Part shown: one piece after another, positions 39,490 through 50,647 of the stretch
Position numbering within the stretch: the stretch's first letter is position 1
How the letters are laid out: every line of letters starts with the position of its first letter
NCBI GenBank assembly: GCA_002104905.1
Contig: MCFE01000106.1
Span: 105,886 to 169,885 of the forward strand
Reading direction: 5' to 3'
Length of the DNA: 64,000 nt
DNA from: Basidiobolus meristosporus CBS 931.73
Lineage: Eukaryota; Fungi; Basidiobolomycota
Notes under the pieces: model-generated
The model's input: only the letters and a program-made list of their open reading frames with translations
What the model was told of the DNA's origin: nothing
Databases searched by the model: none
Translations under genes and position numbers: made by a program

Positions 39490-42400
39490 ATGGCTGATGA
39501 ATTTGATGACTTTGATGATCTCGCACTGGATGATGCTTTTCTGGCTGCTGTTGACCAAATAGAAAAACAGGCCGTTTCCTCACACCCAACCACTCATTCG
39601 TCCACTAATCACATACCTCCGCCTTCACACCAGACCTTCAAACCAACACCAAAAGCCAACTTTGGTTTCAATCCTCCCGATTCTGATTTTAGCAACGACG
39701 GAGCTTTTCCTGTAATATACATTCTTTTACATTACTTGAGAGTACTCTGTACAACTTACTCATATTAAACTCCGTATTAGACCATGTCACGCAACCCACC
39801 CACTTCACGCACCAAGCCGATACCCAAAACACTGAACAGTAAGAAGAAAAATACCGGCTCCAACTCCAATGCCGGAAATCAAAAAACCCTTTGGAGTATG
39901 TTTGCCATGGATAAAGAAAACCCCGATACCATTTCCAAGCCGACCAAGAAACCCACCGTATGTATACTTCTTCTATCCTAGTCTATTCCCGGTGTTTACA
40001 CCTGAATGCTCCCTGTAGAAAACACCCAGCAACGCCTCGAATTCGGTGTTGAAGTTTTCCCCAAACTCTTCGGTGGACATATCTCGATGCGACCCGGACG
40101 CGATCAATACCTGGATTTATCCAATCAATTATCCCCTCCGTGATTACCAGTTCAATATCGTGTCAAAAGCGCTGTTTCAAAACACCTTGGTATCCCTTCC
40201 AACCGGTCTCGGCAAAACGTTCATTGCTGCCGTAGTCATGTACAATCATTACCGTTGGTTTCCTCAGGGGAAGATTGTATTTATGGCCCCGACGAAGCCC
40301 TTGGTGGCCCAGCAGATTGAGGCTTGCCACAATATCTGTGGTATCCCTCAGGAAGATACAGTGGAGTTGACCGGAGCCCAGTCCCCAGACAAGAGAAAGG
40401 TTGATTGGGTCCATAAAAGAGTTTTTTTTCTAACCCCCCAGGTGCTACAAAATGACCTGGTACGGGATACTTGCCCCGCGGAGGATATCGTATGTCTGAT
40501 AATCGATGAAGCTCATAGGGCTCGAGGGGAGCACGCGAATTGCGTTGTGGTTAGGGAGCTTTCTAATAGGAACCCGCTCTTTCGGATTCTAGCGCTGTCA
40601 GCTACGCCAGGTACTGACAATACGACTGTCCAAGACGTGGTGAACAATCTGAAAATCTCCAATATCGAGCTTAGATCCGAGGAATCGCTTGATATCCAAA
40701 AGTACACTCACGGTAGAAAAGTCGATGTCATCGTGGTCCCACTGACGAACACGATCAAGGAGATATCAAAGCAGTTTTGCATATGCATGGAGCCTTACAC
40801 CTCTCGTCTTGTCAGGATGCAGGCAATCTGGGAAAAAGACCCCCAACGGGTATCCAGATATATGCTCATCTTGGCAAGAAATAAATTCCGTGCAAACTCG
40901 GCAGCCTTCTCTCCAGAGCAGAAAGCCACTGTCGAAGGTGATTTTGGGATTTGCCTTGCACTATCGCACGCTTACAGCTTATTGTGCCAACACGGGGTGA
41001 GGCCTTTTTATAGCGCACTTTATGGGATTGTTCAAGAGGCGAAGGACGGAAAGAGAATATCCAGAGCTCGTCAAGATTTGTTGAAGAACCCCGTTTTCGT
41101 CAACCTTATGAATCGTATAGAAAAGATGATGGAAGAGCCGACGTTTATCGGACATCCCAAGCTAGAGAAGCTCGTGTCTTACGTGGTCAACTACTTTGTG
41201 AACCATCAAGAGAACAACGATGGCTTGGAGGAAGACGCTCAAAGCCAAACCCGGGTTATGATCTTCGCCGAATACCGCGAATCCGTTGATGAGATTGTTA
41301 AATCACTTAACGACCATTCACCAATGATCAGACCGATGTCCTTCGTAGGTCAGGCATCTAAGAAGAGCAAGAAAGGCTACACACAGAAAGAGCAGTTGGC
41401 GGTGCTAACCGCGTTTAAAAAAGGCGGGTACAATGTGATCGTATCTACGTGCATTGGCGAAGAGGGTCTGGATATCGGTGAAGTCGATCTTATCATTTGC
41501 TACGATTCCCACAACTCTCCGATTCGACTGCTGCAACGAATGGGGCGTACGGGTCGTAAGCGAAAAGGTAGAATTTGTATGTTGCTTGCCGAAGGAAAAG
41601 AAGAGCAGATGTACAAACAATCGCAAAACACGTATAAATCTATTCAACGGGCCATTGCGTCTGGTTCAAAAATCAGTCTTTACGACGGCAATCCAAAACT
41701 ATTACCGGAAGATGTCAACCCAGTGTGCAGCAAGGAGACGCTGGTTATTCCGGAATACCTAGTCAAAGAAACCAAGAAATCTCGTCGGAAAACAATTGAG
41801 CAAAACGTGCACCTGATCAAGGACGAGGACGATGATATCGAAGGACAGTATATTCGGTTTCTTAGCAGAATCGAGGGCTCGAATATGTCTCTTTCTAAAT
41901 TTGCGAAATACCAAACTACTCCAAGTCCAACATACCTGGTCTCTCATTCCCAACGAACCATTGATTTTGTAAATATAATGAGCGGAATGGAGACATTAGG
42001 TTTTATGGACGATGAAGATCAGTACAGTGCGCAGCTGCAGGGATATCTGAATATGAACGATGTTATCCCATCCAAAATCGCCTACCCTTCCTCGAGAAGG
42101 CCCAAGTCCTTGAAGGGCAACACTAAGCCAGTAATCACCGAGATACAGGCGTCGAATGCTGATGAGAGTTTCCCGCTTATGATGGACCTCGAGGATGATG
42201 CTGACGATTTTATGATCATGCAAGGATTGGAGGGTATCTTTCCTGAAAATAACGCTTCCAGGCCGTCGACATCACGGGAAGCGGCTATCGTTTCTGAAAC
42301 ATCCGGCTCCAGAGCGTATGAAAGTTCAAATAGAGTGGCACCCATAGAAATTGACTTGGAGGATATAGAATACGACGAGTTACCCATAATCCCTCAAAGC

Positions 42401-43099
42401 CCCGAAATGAGTTTTGACACAAATACTCACGAGAATGCAGCTATCGATATTCCTGAGTCGGACGATGATATATTTATTGATGACACCATGGAGCAGGAAA
42501 TGGCGGCTTTAGTGGATTCTCATCAACTCCAGAATCAGCCGGGAACCACTTGCAACTTTCTAAATACCAAAGCAACGAAAACTGTCGGTTCGCCAACCGC
42601 GAATGGCCTAGCAAAACCCACGACCAGAGAATCCCAGCTAACATTCAAGTACAGCTACACTCCGAAGAGTGAGGCCGTAGATGAGAATCAACATTCCCAT
42701 GATGCGTTATTTGAGATCTCCAAGGACATTTCGCTAGATCTGGATAGCTCCTTCACGATTGACGACCCTCACGTCACACATTCATCAACCAAGAAACTGC
42801 CCATCAACCATAGTTACGATCCAAGCAAGGAACCTGCAGTGCAGGATATTCCTCCGTTTCCCAAGAACGTGAAATTTGGTGATTGGCGGGAAGTAGCGAA
42901 GATTTTATCGTCACGGAAGGTCGTTCACACCCCCGCCACCGAACACCAAAAGGGTGTAGATCCCCATGTAACAGATATTTCCTTGACCACAGCAGCCGCC
43001 AAACCCATTATTTCCCCAACGAAGCCACCCAGCGATACAGTTCGCCTAGCAAGTAAAAGCAAGCTGGATCAATTCCGGTTCAAGAGACGTAAATCCTGA
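39490..43099 (+). CDS. MPH1: FANCM/Mph1/Fml1 DEAH helicase, 3 exons
   Basis: YPLRDYQFNIV, LPTGLGKT, IIDEAHRA, LSATPG, STCIGEEGLDIGEVDLIICYD, QRMGRTGRKR; two GT-AG introns near the 5' end. Confidence 0.95.
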
Positions 43100-43498
43100 G
43101 ACCCCGGTCCTAGGGTCAATTGAGCACCAAGACTTCTCGAACCACCATCTATTTTTACCGGATTCAATTTCGCTCGCATCTTCAAGGAGGCATCGATGTT
43201 TTTGGATTCATGTAAATATTGTTTTATTGTGCCGCATCACTATCATTAGAATCTACCCCCATCATGTTCTGCAACTTCGATGACAAATATCATGCTCGCC
43301 TCCAAGCACTTACCAGACATGTTGTTTGAAATGAAGGCTACGCACTTCAAGATTTACTTGCCGTCATTGAAGTAATGCGGATAAATAAAGGTCAAGATGG
43401 TTCCCTTTGATGATGTTGGGTATAGAGTTGGACCAATCAAGTGAATTAAATTAGAAAACACCAAAATTCACTAGCAAAGAGATGTCGGGATTGTTAGG

Positions 43499-44635
43499 TT
43501 ACATGGGTGTTGTATCACACTGCTTCTCCTGAGATGGATACGATGATTGTATGGAAAGTGAGGTATTCTCGTGAAGATTGGAGAGGCTGAAACCAGCTGT
43601 CTCCTCTGCTTTGGTGTGGGCCCCCGGTTCCTGTGGCTTTCCCTTGGCCTCGTTCCTTATCTGGGCAGATTGCTGAAGTGCAATCTCAATCTGGCCCACG
43701 ATATCCTCAAAAAGTTCCACCTCCTGCTCGGGTAAACTCCAGGTCGCATCACTTGAGTAAATCAATACGAATCCTGAATTACATTCATCTAGCTGGAATC
43801 GGGCGCCCATAGCAGCCTTGAATGGTAGATTCACTCCTTCCCCGACCATGTCACAGAGATCCCGCTGGTTCAAGCAACACGTATATGACAAAGTGGACAT
43901 TCTGTTGATAGCCTTGTTGTCCATGGGGATCACTACCTTCTGCCAGAAAATACTTTTCTCGACATGGCGAAAATGGCGATCGTTTGTTCTTCTGTAATCC
44001 TCATGAGCGCAAACGTAAGTATCCCCTTCCTTGATGTATATGGCACAGCCAACTCCCAGTGCCACCGAGAGTTCGAATACCGCGGTCTGACAGACCGATG
44101 CGGTGTCAAGTGTCTTGCGAATGTGCTGGGTGATTTTACGGAACTTCAGGAGAAGGTCGTTGGCCATGCGGAGCGACTGCTCGTGCCGCATATGGGACCC
44201 GAGCTCCTCCTCCAGCCAGGCTGCCTTGGCTGGCAACGAGAACGCCTTGGGAAAGACTCGGATCAGGAGGGCTGCGGTGATGGTAGAGACAACGGCGGTG
44301 GCTACCTTGACAACACACAGGGCTAGATCGGTATCGGCGAAAGGCCTCCACACGGTGACGAAGTGGGTGGCGCCACAGGCAGTGATGAAAGCCTCGAATA
44401 AAAGCAGGACACTCTTGTAGAGCATTGGGAGAGGGAGGGTCAGAGTGCGTTGGAAGAAGAAGATTTCTACCGGGATGGCCATGTACGACAAGGATATCAG
44501 TAAGTCAGCAATCATTGTTATCCACGAAAGGGCGCTGTTTTCCACTGAATTAAAAGCAATTCATTAATACAGATCATACGGTACGAGAGCAACTCATTTG
44601 CAAATGATGGGGCTAGCGTGTTACGTACTTAGCAT
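43499..44635 (-). CDS. Ethylene-receptor-like protein B (ethylene-binding TM domain + GAF, no histidine kinase)
   Basis: Same motifs as copy A; same 7-nt first exon (ATG CTA A) and phase-1 intron; stop only ~400 bp from the Mph1 stop. Confidence 0.9.
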
Positions 44636-46777
44636 TTTATATTATATACTGAAAGCCTGCGTCAAAAGATTTGATCTGGGATGCCAAGAGACACGTCAAG
44701 GGCATTTATATGTGCGATTCCAGCAGCGATGAAGAAAGGCAACATCACAGTCAGTAGCCAAGATGCACATTGGTGGTCTAACATGGTTGTCAACCAGTTC
44801 AAACTGAAACAAAACTCCTATTGCTGCTAAACATTTAAAGATTTACTTTCCCGCGAATTCCATCCCTATTAACTTCCCTGTTTATCCTTCCAGTTTTAGG
44901 AAATATTCACCTCCAAATTCAGTTGGTAAGCCTACCGTTGATTTACCACCAGTTGACCGTACACCAATGTAAGGACATATCACTTGGGAGTATCTTGGGT
45001 TTCGTGTAGTGATTAATTAATTTCGGACGGTTGATGTTTAGGATATACGGGGCTTACTTTTGTTCTGTTGGATGATTTGTGCTTGGAATTGACGTGATCA
45101 CTCATTAAGCAAGATAAGTAATGACGATAATGCGATGTCCAATATTGCTGCTACATATTGCACGAATATAGATGACTGTTGAAATCTCTCGATACATTCG
45201 AACCTCTAAGCCATATCTGCGCTCCAGCTGCACTGACCGCCAGGCGCCTTTGTAAAGAGTGCGAGAGGTAACTGGCCATGAACTGAGTTTGGTTGCTCGT
45301 TTTAGGAAACATGCACGCTTTGGGCATCTTGTGCTAGCTATTTCAGCAACGAACTCGATTGTTAGCAGGTTGGATTTTTATGGGATGAATTAAGCCTGGA
45401 TACTCTGGCATCAAACTTGAAACCTTGTGAAGCAGAACCCGATACGACTGTTTTGGTGAAAGGATAAGCAAATCTGGAGTAGAGTATGATCGGGGCAAAC
45501 TGATGGTAGAAGACCATGCACTTCTCATCAATTCGTATAAGGTCTACCTCATCCTAGGTTTGGAGTAAACCTCAATTAGGCTGTATACCACATTAAATTC
45601 GAACTTTTCTTCGATTCATCTGTAAACCCACCCTCCATTTATTGAGCGTCGAGCCCACGCCTAAAGAATTCTTGAGCCGGATATCTGCGCTGCACGAATT
45701 GAGTAACCGGATGTAACCGTTGTCGAATCAAGGGATCGGTGGCTTTGTTATCGATTATTGGTTATCAGGATTACGAAAGAATTGCTGATAACGTTGGCGT
45801 AGAAATCGGCAGTTCAGTTAGAATCGACTCGGTTCTTTAAACCGGCCAAGTCTACTGAGACTCGCCAGGAAGCAGAAGGGATATTCCCCCGCTTACAACT
45901 CAGTACTCAGGGCGTGATAGCCCACGGCAGTACCAAAATGCATGATCGTGCCATGGATACATATACCTGGATCGCACTCATATATGGACAATTGGATTCT
46001 TAGGCTGGGTCAGATCGCAATGCTTGACACCTGTCCAAGTGGCCATCGATCAACATTGGCTCCCCTATCCTTCACCCTTTTCAAACGAATACCATGGCTA
46101 TTTCATCATGGGCTGCGGTGCCATGTGCTGCTATTAATCTTCATTGTCCGCTCCAAAGGACTGATATGGATGACAGCTTTGCCCAGAAGCACATACATTA
46201 ATTGGAACCAGCACTTTACGCACATCCTCTTACCATTAATGTACCTCGGAGTGTATCGTATGATATGATCAAGCGCCTAGGTTGGTGTTTGCGCATTGTT
46301 GGTGCCATCCTGGGCTGTATATAGATTTCGCATGAGATCAAGTCGAAGCAGCCGCTAAAAGATCGAGTCTGCATCTATGTACTCCTGTCCTCCTCACTCT
46401 CAAGCGTGTGCATATGTGTGTTGGAGCACTCTCTCACTGGTCCGGGAGAAACCCGCCCAGCAGTTTACGATAATGTAGAGGCAATGATTAGTGCATTGTT
46501 TGGGGAATAGATGATTGATGGTTAATTTGCTCTCTTGCAGAATTTTCTTATCCATGATGGCTAGATTGGATCCACTTGCTTGTAAAAAACAACCTAATTC
46601 GCAATTGATGCGGGATACAAATGTGCTTACTTGCTGATTACAGCGGGCTTGACGGAGAGTCACTTTATAACTCGGAGTCTCGGATGAACTTTCGGTATTG
46701 ATGAACCCATCCATCTCATCCGTAAAGAGATTTCAACCCCCACGCAGGAACCCCATAGAGTAGAATCCATCGCAAAA

Positions 46778-47749
46778 ATGATGCAGATAGGTATCATAGT
46801 GCTGAACGTGTTTTCCATCGTCGCATCTATTCTGGTAATAGCAGTCATCATTGGCATTAGGTGCTATCGAAAAACGCTAGTGGACCGGATGTCCTTTAGG
46901 CTTACCGCGTACATTGCAACCCTTGATGCCGTACTGAGTGGTGTTCTGATCGGGTTTTCCTTCACCGACTCTGTATTTGTGACGAGATGTTTGCGTGTCA
47001 TAGCCTTGGGCGTGGACCTGAGCTCGATCTTTCTAACAATGAACATAGCATTAAATCTCCAACTAATATTTCTGAATAATAAGCGGGTTACTATGCGATA
47101 CGAATACTTCTATGTATTTGGCTCGTTGGGCTTGGGACTGATTGTTGCCGTTCTATCCGGCATCTATCGTGCGCGTACCACCTCCCTGGTCCTCCCCGTG
47201 GTGGTTTTTGTCGCCGTCACGTACTGCTTGTCTGTGGTGATTATGATCGTCTATAGGCTGATCAGAAGCAAGGATGGCCAGAGAGATCAGGCCAGGCAGC
47301 TCAACGCGCTTAGTGATAGCAACGTACGTAGAGCAGTTGTCCGGATCTTACTCTACCCATTAGTACTGATTGTAGCACAACTGCCGTTCGCCATCGCCTT
47401 TGTCTTGCTATTAACCTGCGGCGAAAGCTGCATTGACATCAATATCGGAAATACTCCAGTCACCTTGGTGGAGATGTCAATCTATACTATGTCCTTGCAG
47501 GGGATCCTGAACTCCGTAGCATTTATGTTTGATCCGGCCCTAAGAATAGTGGTGGTGATGATCAAAAATGACATGGTCAGCGACTACTTCTACTCTGAAC
47601 ACCAGGTCTTTGAGAAGGATCACAAGCCCACCATTCATCGTTGGCTGGTTCACAAGTACTTGGTACCGCACACTGAGGAATGCGCAAAGATTTCCAGCAG
47701 CTCTGAGCCATTGGTTACCAAAGACATCGAGGTCCTGAAAATGATGTAG
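46778..47749 (+). CDS. 7-TM GPCR-like receptor (Git3/cAMP-receptor-like), intronless
   Basis: Seven hydrophobic segments; DRMSFRL after TM1, RILLYPLVLIVAQLP (TM6), LQGILNSVAFMFDPALR (TM7). Confidence 0.82.
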   Translation: MMQIGIIVLNVFSIVASILVIAVIIGIRCYRKTLVDRMSFRLTAYIATLDAVLSGVLIGFSFTDSVFVTRCLRVIALGVDLSSIFLTMNIALNLQLIFLNNKRVTMRYEYFYVFGSLGLGLIVAVLSGIYRARTTSLVLPVVVFVAVTYCLSVVIMIVYRLIRSKDGQRDQARQLNALSDSNVRRAVVRILLYPLVLIVAQLPFAIAFVLLLTCGESCIDINIGNTPVTLVEMSIYTMSLQGILNSVAFMFDPALRIVVVMIKNDMVSDYFYSEHQVFEKDHKPTIHRWLVHKYLVPHTEECAKISSSSEPLVTKDIEVLKMM

Positions 47750-48414
47750 TGTACTCCGAGTCGTACTTTGCACCCATACCTAAGCAACAAGTATTATATC
47801 TCTAAGGCCTATTACCCTCTACATTAGATTACTATTATAACAATCGACTTTTTATCCTTGCCAACGAATTGGTTCATAGAACCGGCCTTTATATAAATAG
47901 TGATTAGCTGTCACATCATGCTTGGTGAGCATTTTGGTTCAAGCCAGCTGGCTCATAGTGTGTTGTTCAAGTCTCGATATGTATAGCAGAAACCGAGGTG
48001 TTGTATCTTTCTGCTGTCTCCAAAGGATATGGGTCGGTGCATTTGCGTGCATCCTATAGCCGCTTGATAATTGTGGTAGAATTGCGAACGGATTTGTATT
48101 TACGAAAGAACGCTAAGCAATCGCTTTGTATTTATTTTTCAAAAATCCTGTACTTGTATATCGCAAAGTTAATACCCCAGACTAATGCCGCGGCGTCCTT
48201 CAATTGAGAGGTCTACACATTATTGAAGTTGGTGTAGGATTCGGTCACCCTCACTTCTCCTTGCCTTTCCAATGGATTTCAGAAGGCTTATGGAGCCAGA
48301 AAATACAAGCTGAACAATATAAAACGGAAGATATTCACATGCATGGATACAGATATATCAAGAGTAGGCTGATTCCCTTGATATATGGATGAACCGACAG
48401 GGCGGAGGTGTTTT

Positions 48415-49987
48415 TCATAGTGCTACGCAATCTAGTGGAAATAAACCCTCTTTCTCTTGGTGGCGACTAAGGTTTCTTCCATATACCCAATTTCCTGGCC
48501 GAATTTGATTCACCGCCACACTGTCGCCCATTCGAATTTCGAGCTGCTCGGCATTTACTGGAATGAAATCTTTCCGGACTCTTCCTTGACGATACGGTAC
48601 TCCTGTGACAAGGACTGGGTATGCTCTACCCGAAGGAGAATCGGGCGAGTTGACCGTGCAATCTTCTCCGGCCTTCATCGGATATTCGAGCAACTCGTTG
48701 GTAGACGAAGGTAGTCCTAGAGCACAGGTTAGCAACCACACTAAACCTCGAAACAAACTCCAGTCAACTACCTGGCCATTGTGAAGTTTTTGGCTTCCTC
48801 TTTTGCTTTCTCCTCCACCATATCACCCCTATAACCAGCCCTACAGCCACTAATACTCCAACCACTATACCAATTTTCAGGACCTCGTTGAAAGAGCGCC
48901 CATTGGATGGCAAGAGCGATTCTAGCATAACGTGATTAGTGTAAATGTGAATGCACGTGATACGCCAGCCAATGAAACAAATGATTGTACCACATGAAAT
49001 GAGATCAGATGTTCCACTACATGAGGAAGGTGCGCCAGGCCAGATGCATGTAAATTGATTTCCTTGTAAATCACAGCCATCGGCATCATCAGATAACTTA
49101 AACGGCGGTATTTGCCCAAGAAGGTGGTTATTTTTGAATCCACTAATGTTAATTGAATTAGTCAAAGATGGATTAGGTAATCAGCTCATCATTCACCACA
49201 CTTACAGATAGTTATAACTTCTAGACCCCCTTAGAGTCCCAGGTATCTCGCCCCATAGATCGTTGTCATTGAAGTTTCTAATTTGGAAGATGAGAAATCA
49301 TACCAACGTGCCTACTGAACAAATTTGATCAACTTACATATGTTGGAGCGCTAAAATGAAAAGCTCGTCAGGTATACTACCGTTAAGCTTGGATCCCTCC
49401 AGGGAACTAAATAATCGAGTCTACGGTCAAAACATGGTCAAAAGCAGTAGATACCGGTGCACTTACATATGTTTTAAGTACGCAAGTCGATCTATGTTGG
49501 AAGGGATTTTCCCATGGATATGGTTGCCATCCAATTTTCTGTTCAAAAAGGCGTTCAGTACTGGCGCCAACATGAGCGAAGCAACAACAAAGAAAAACTT
49601 TCAGCATACAGATAATTGAGACCGGATAACGTGTCAATATCGTCTGGGAATTCGCCAGTAAGGTTGTTACTAGATAGGCGGCTGAAGTAAAGTGACTTAA
49701 TCTCGAGAATTTAGGGTTCTCTTCAACAAACATTGAAGTACATACAGTCCATATACCCGACGCTCTGTATTTGTTTTGCACTCGACCCCAAACCAAGAAC
49801 AGCAATCGTCGGAATCTGGGCCGAAATCATTCCAATAATCGTCATTAATCCACCACCGGCCATGCAAGGTTGGGTAGAAGACTCGGCTGAGGTACATGCA
49901 ATCCTGTTGTAGAAGGGAGCCGTATGTCAAAGAGGGCGCGATTAAAAATAATACAAGAGTAGGTAGAAGAGAGAAGGCAAAGGACAT
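48415..49987 (-). CDS. Single-pass receptor: signal peptide, LRR N-cap, ~5 plant-type LRRs, TM, SH3 (8 exons)
   Basis: DCCSWFGVEC cap; LRLSSNNLTGEFP, LKLDGNHIHGKIP, ISLEGSKLNGSIP, INFNDNDLWGEIP, LGFKNNHLLGQIP; TM IGIVVGVLVAVGLVIGVIWW followed by RRKQKRK; SH3 DFIPVNAEQLEIRMGD..WVYG..EGLFPLDCV. Confidence 0.88.
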
Positions 49988-50647
49988 GAGGTAGTAACTC
50001 TTTTAGCGCATGCGGGGAGGACAACAAATAAAGAGACACTGTACTAAGTTCGAGATAAGGATTCCAAGCTGCACTCGTAAAAAGGTCGTTCAGAGATAAA
50101 TCATCAAATTGCATTGTCTATCAATTGGACCAGAGTCAGGTTCTCAAGCAATTGTCCCACATAAGCGAGCTATTACAACGACCATTAGAATAAGCAATAT
50201 TGTTTGGTTCTCTAAAAAGCACGATGCTTGTGGATATTTTAGGTTTCGGTGATTCGAACATCAGTTCGGTCATTATATATCATCAGTACCCAAAATGTTT
50301 ATATAGATGGTTACTATCTTCGATAACGGAATAACCATCATCCGCTATGGAGTGCATTCACGATCCACTGCTCATCGAAACGTTCGACTGTCACAACCAT
50401 TACAACCAATAATATTTAGTATATCAAGAACATAGAGGTAATTTTAACCTGGATAAACAGGAAAATCACCAAATTTGAGTAACCTAGCGGCCTCTCCAAG
50501 ACATTAGGCAACGCTTGCTCAATCTCGACAATATCACAGTTTTATTCATCGGAAGATTATAATTGTTCATAAATCTAATTTCTATTAAGCATTACACCAA
50601 TACAGCATCGGCACAGCGTTGGTTTGTGGCCCGCGTATTTACCATGG

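Larger units (their letters stand above)
37639..44481. repeat. 491-bp inverted repeat (37639-38129 vs 43991-44481) inside the two receptor genes
   Basis: Base-by-base comparison found only 2 mismatches; sequence outside the tract is clearly diverged. Confidence 0.92.

Noticed and set aside
37700-44420. Duplicated alternative-frame and antisense ORFs in both receptor genes (for example 37700-38017 and 44103-44420)
   Set aside because: Their identity is a by-product of the 491-bp nucleotide repeat, not evidence of coding.
37495-44635. Recent horizontal transfer of the ethylene receptors from plants or cyanobacteria
   Set aside because: The genes have host-type introns, ETR-like genes are known in early-diverging fungi, and the high GC is confined to the conversion tract; this cannot be claimed without a phylogeny.
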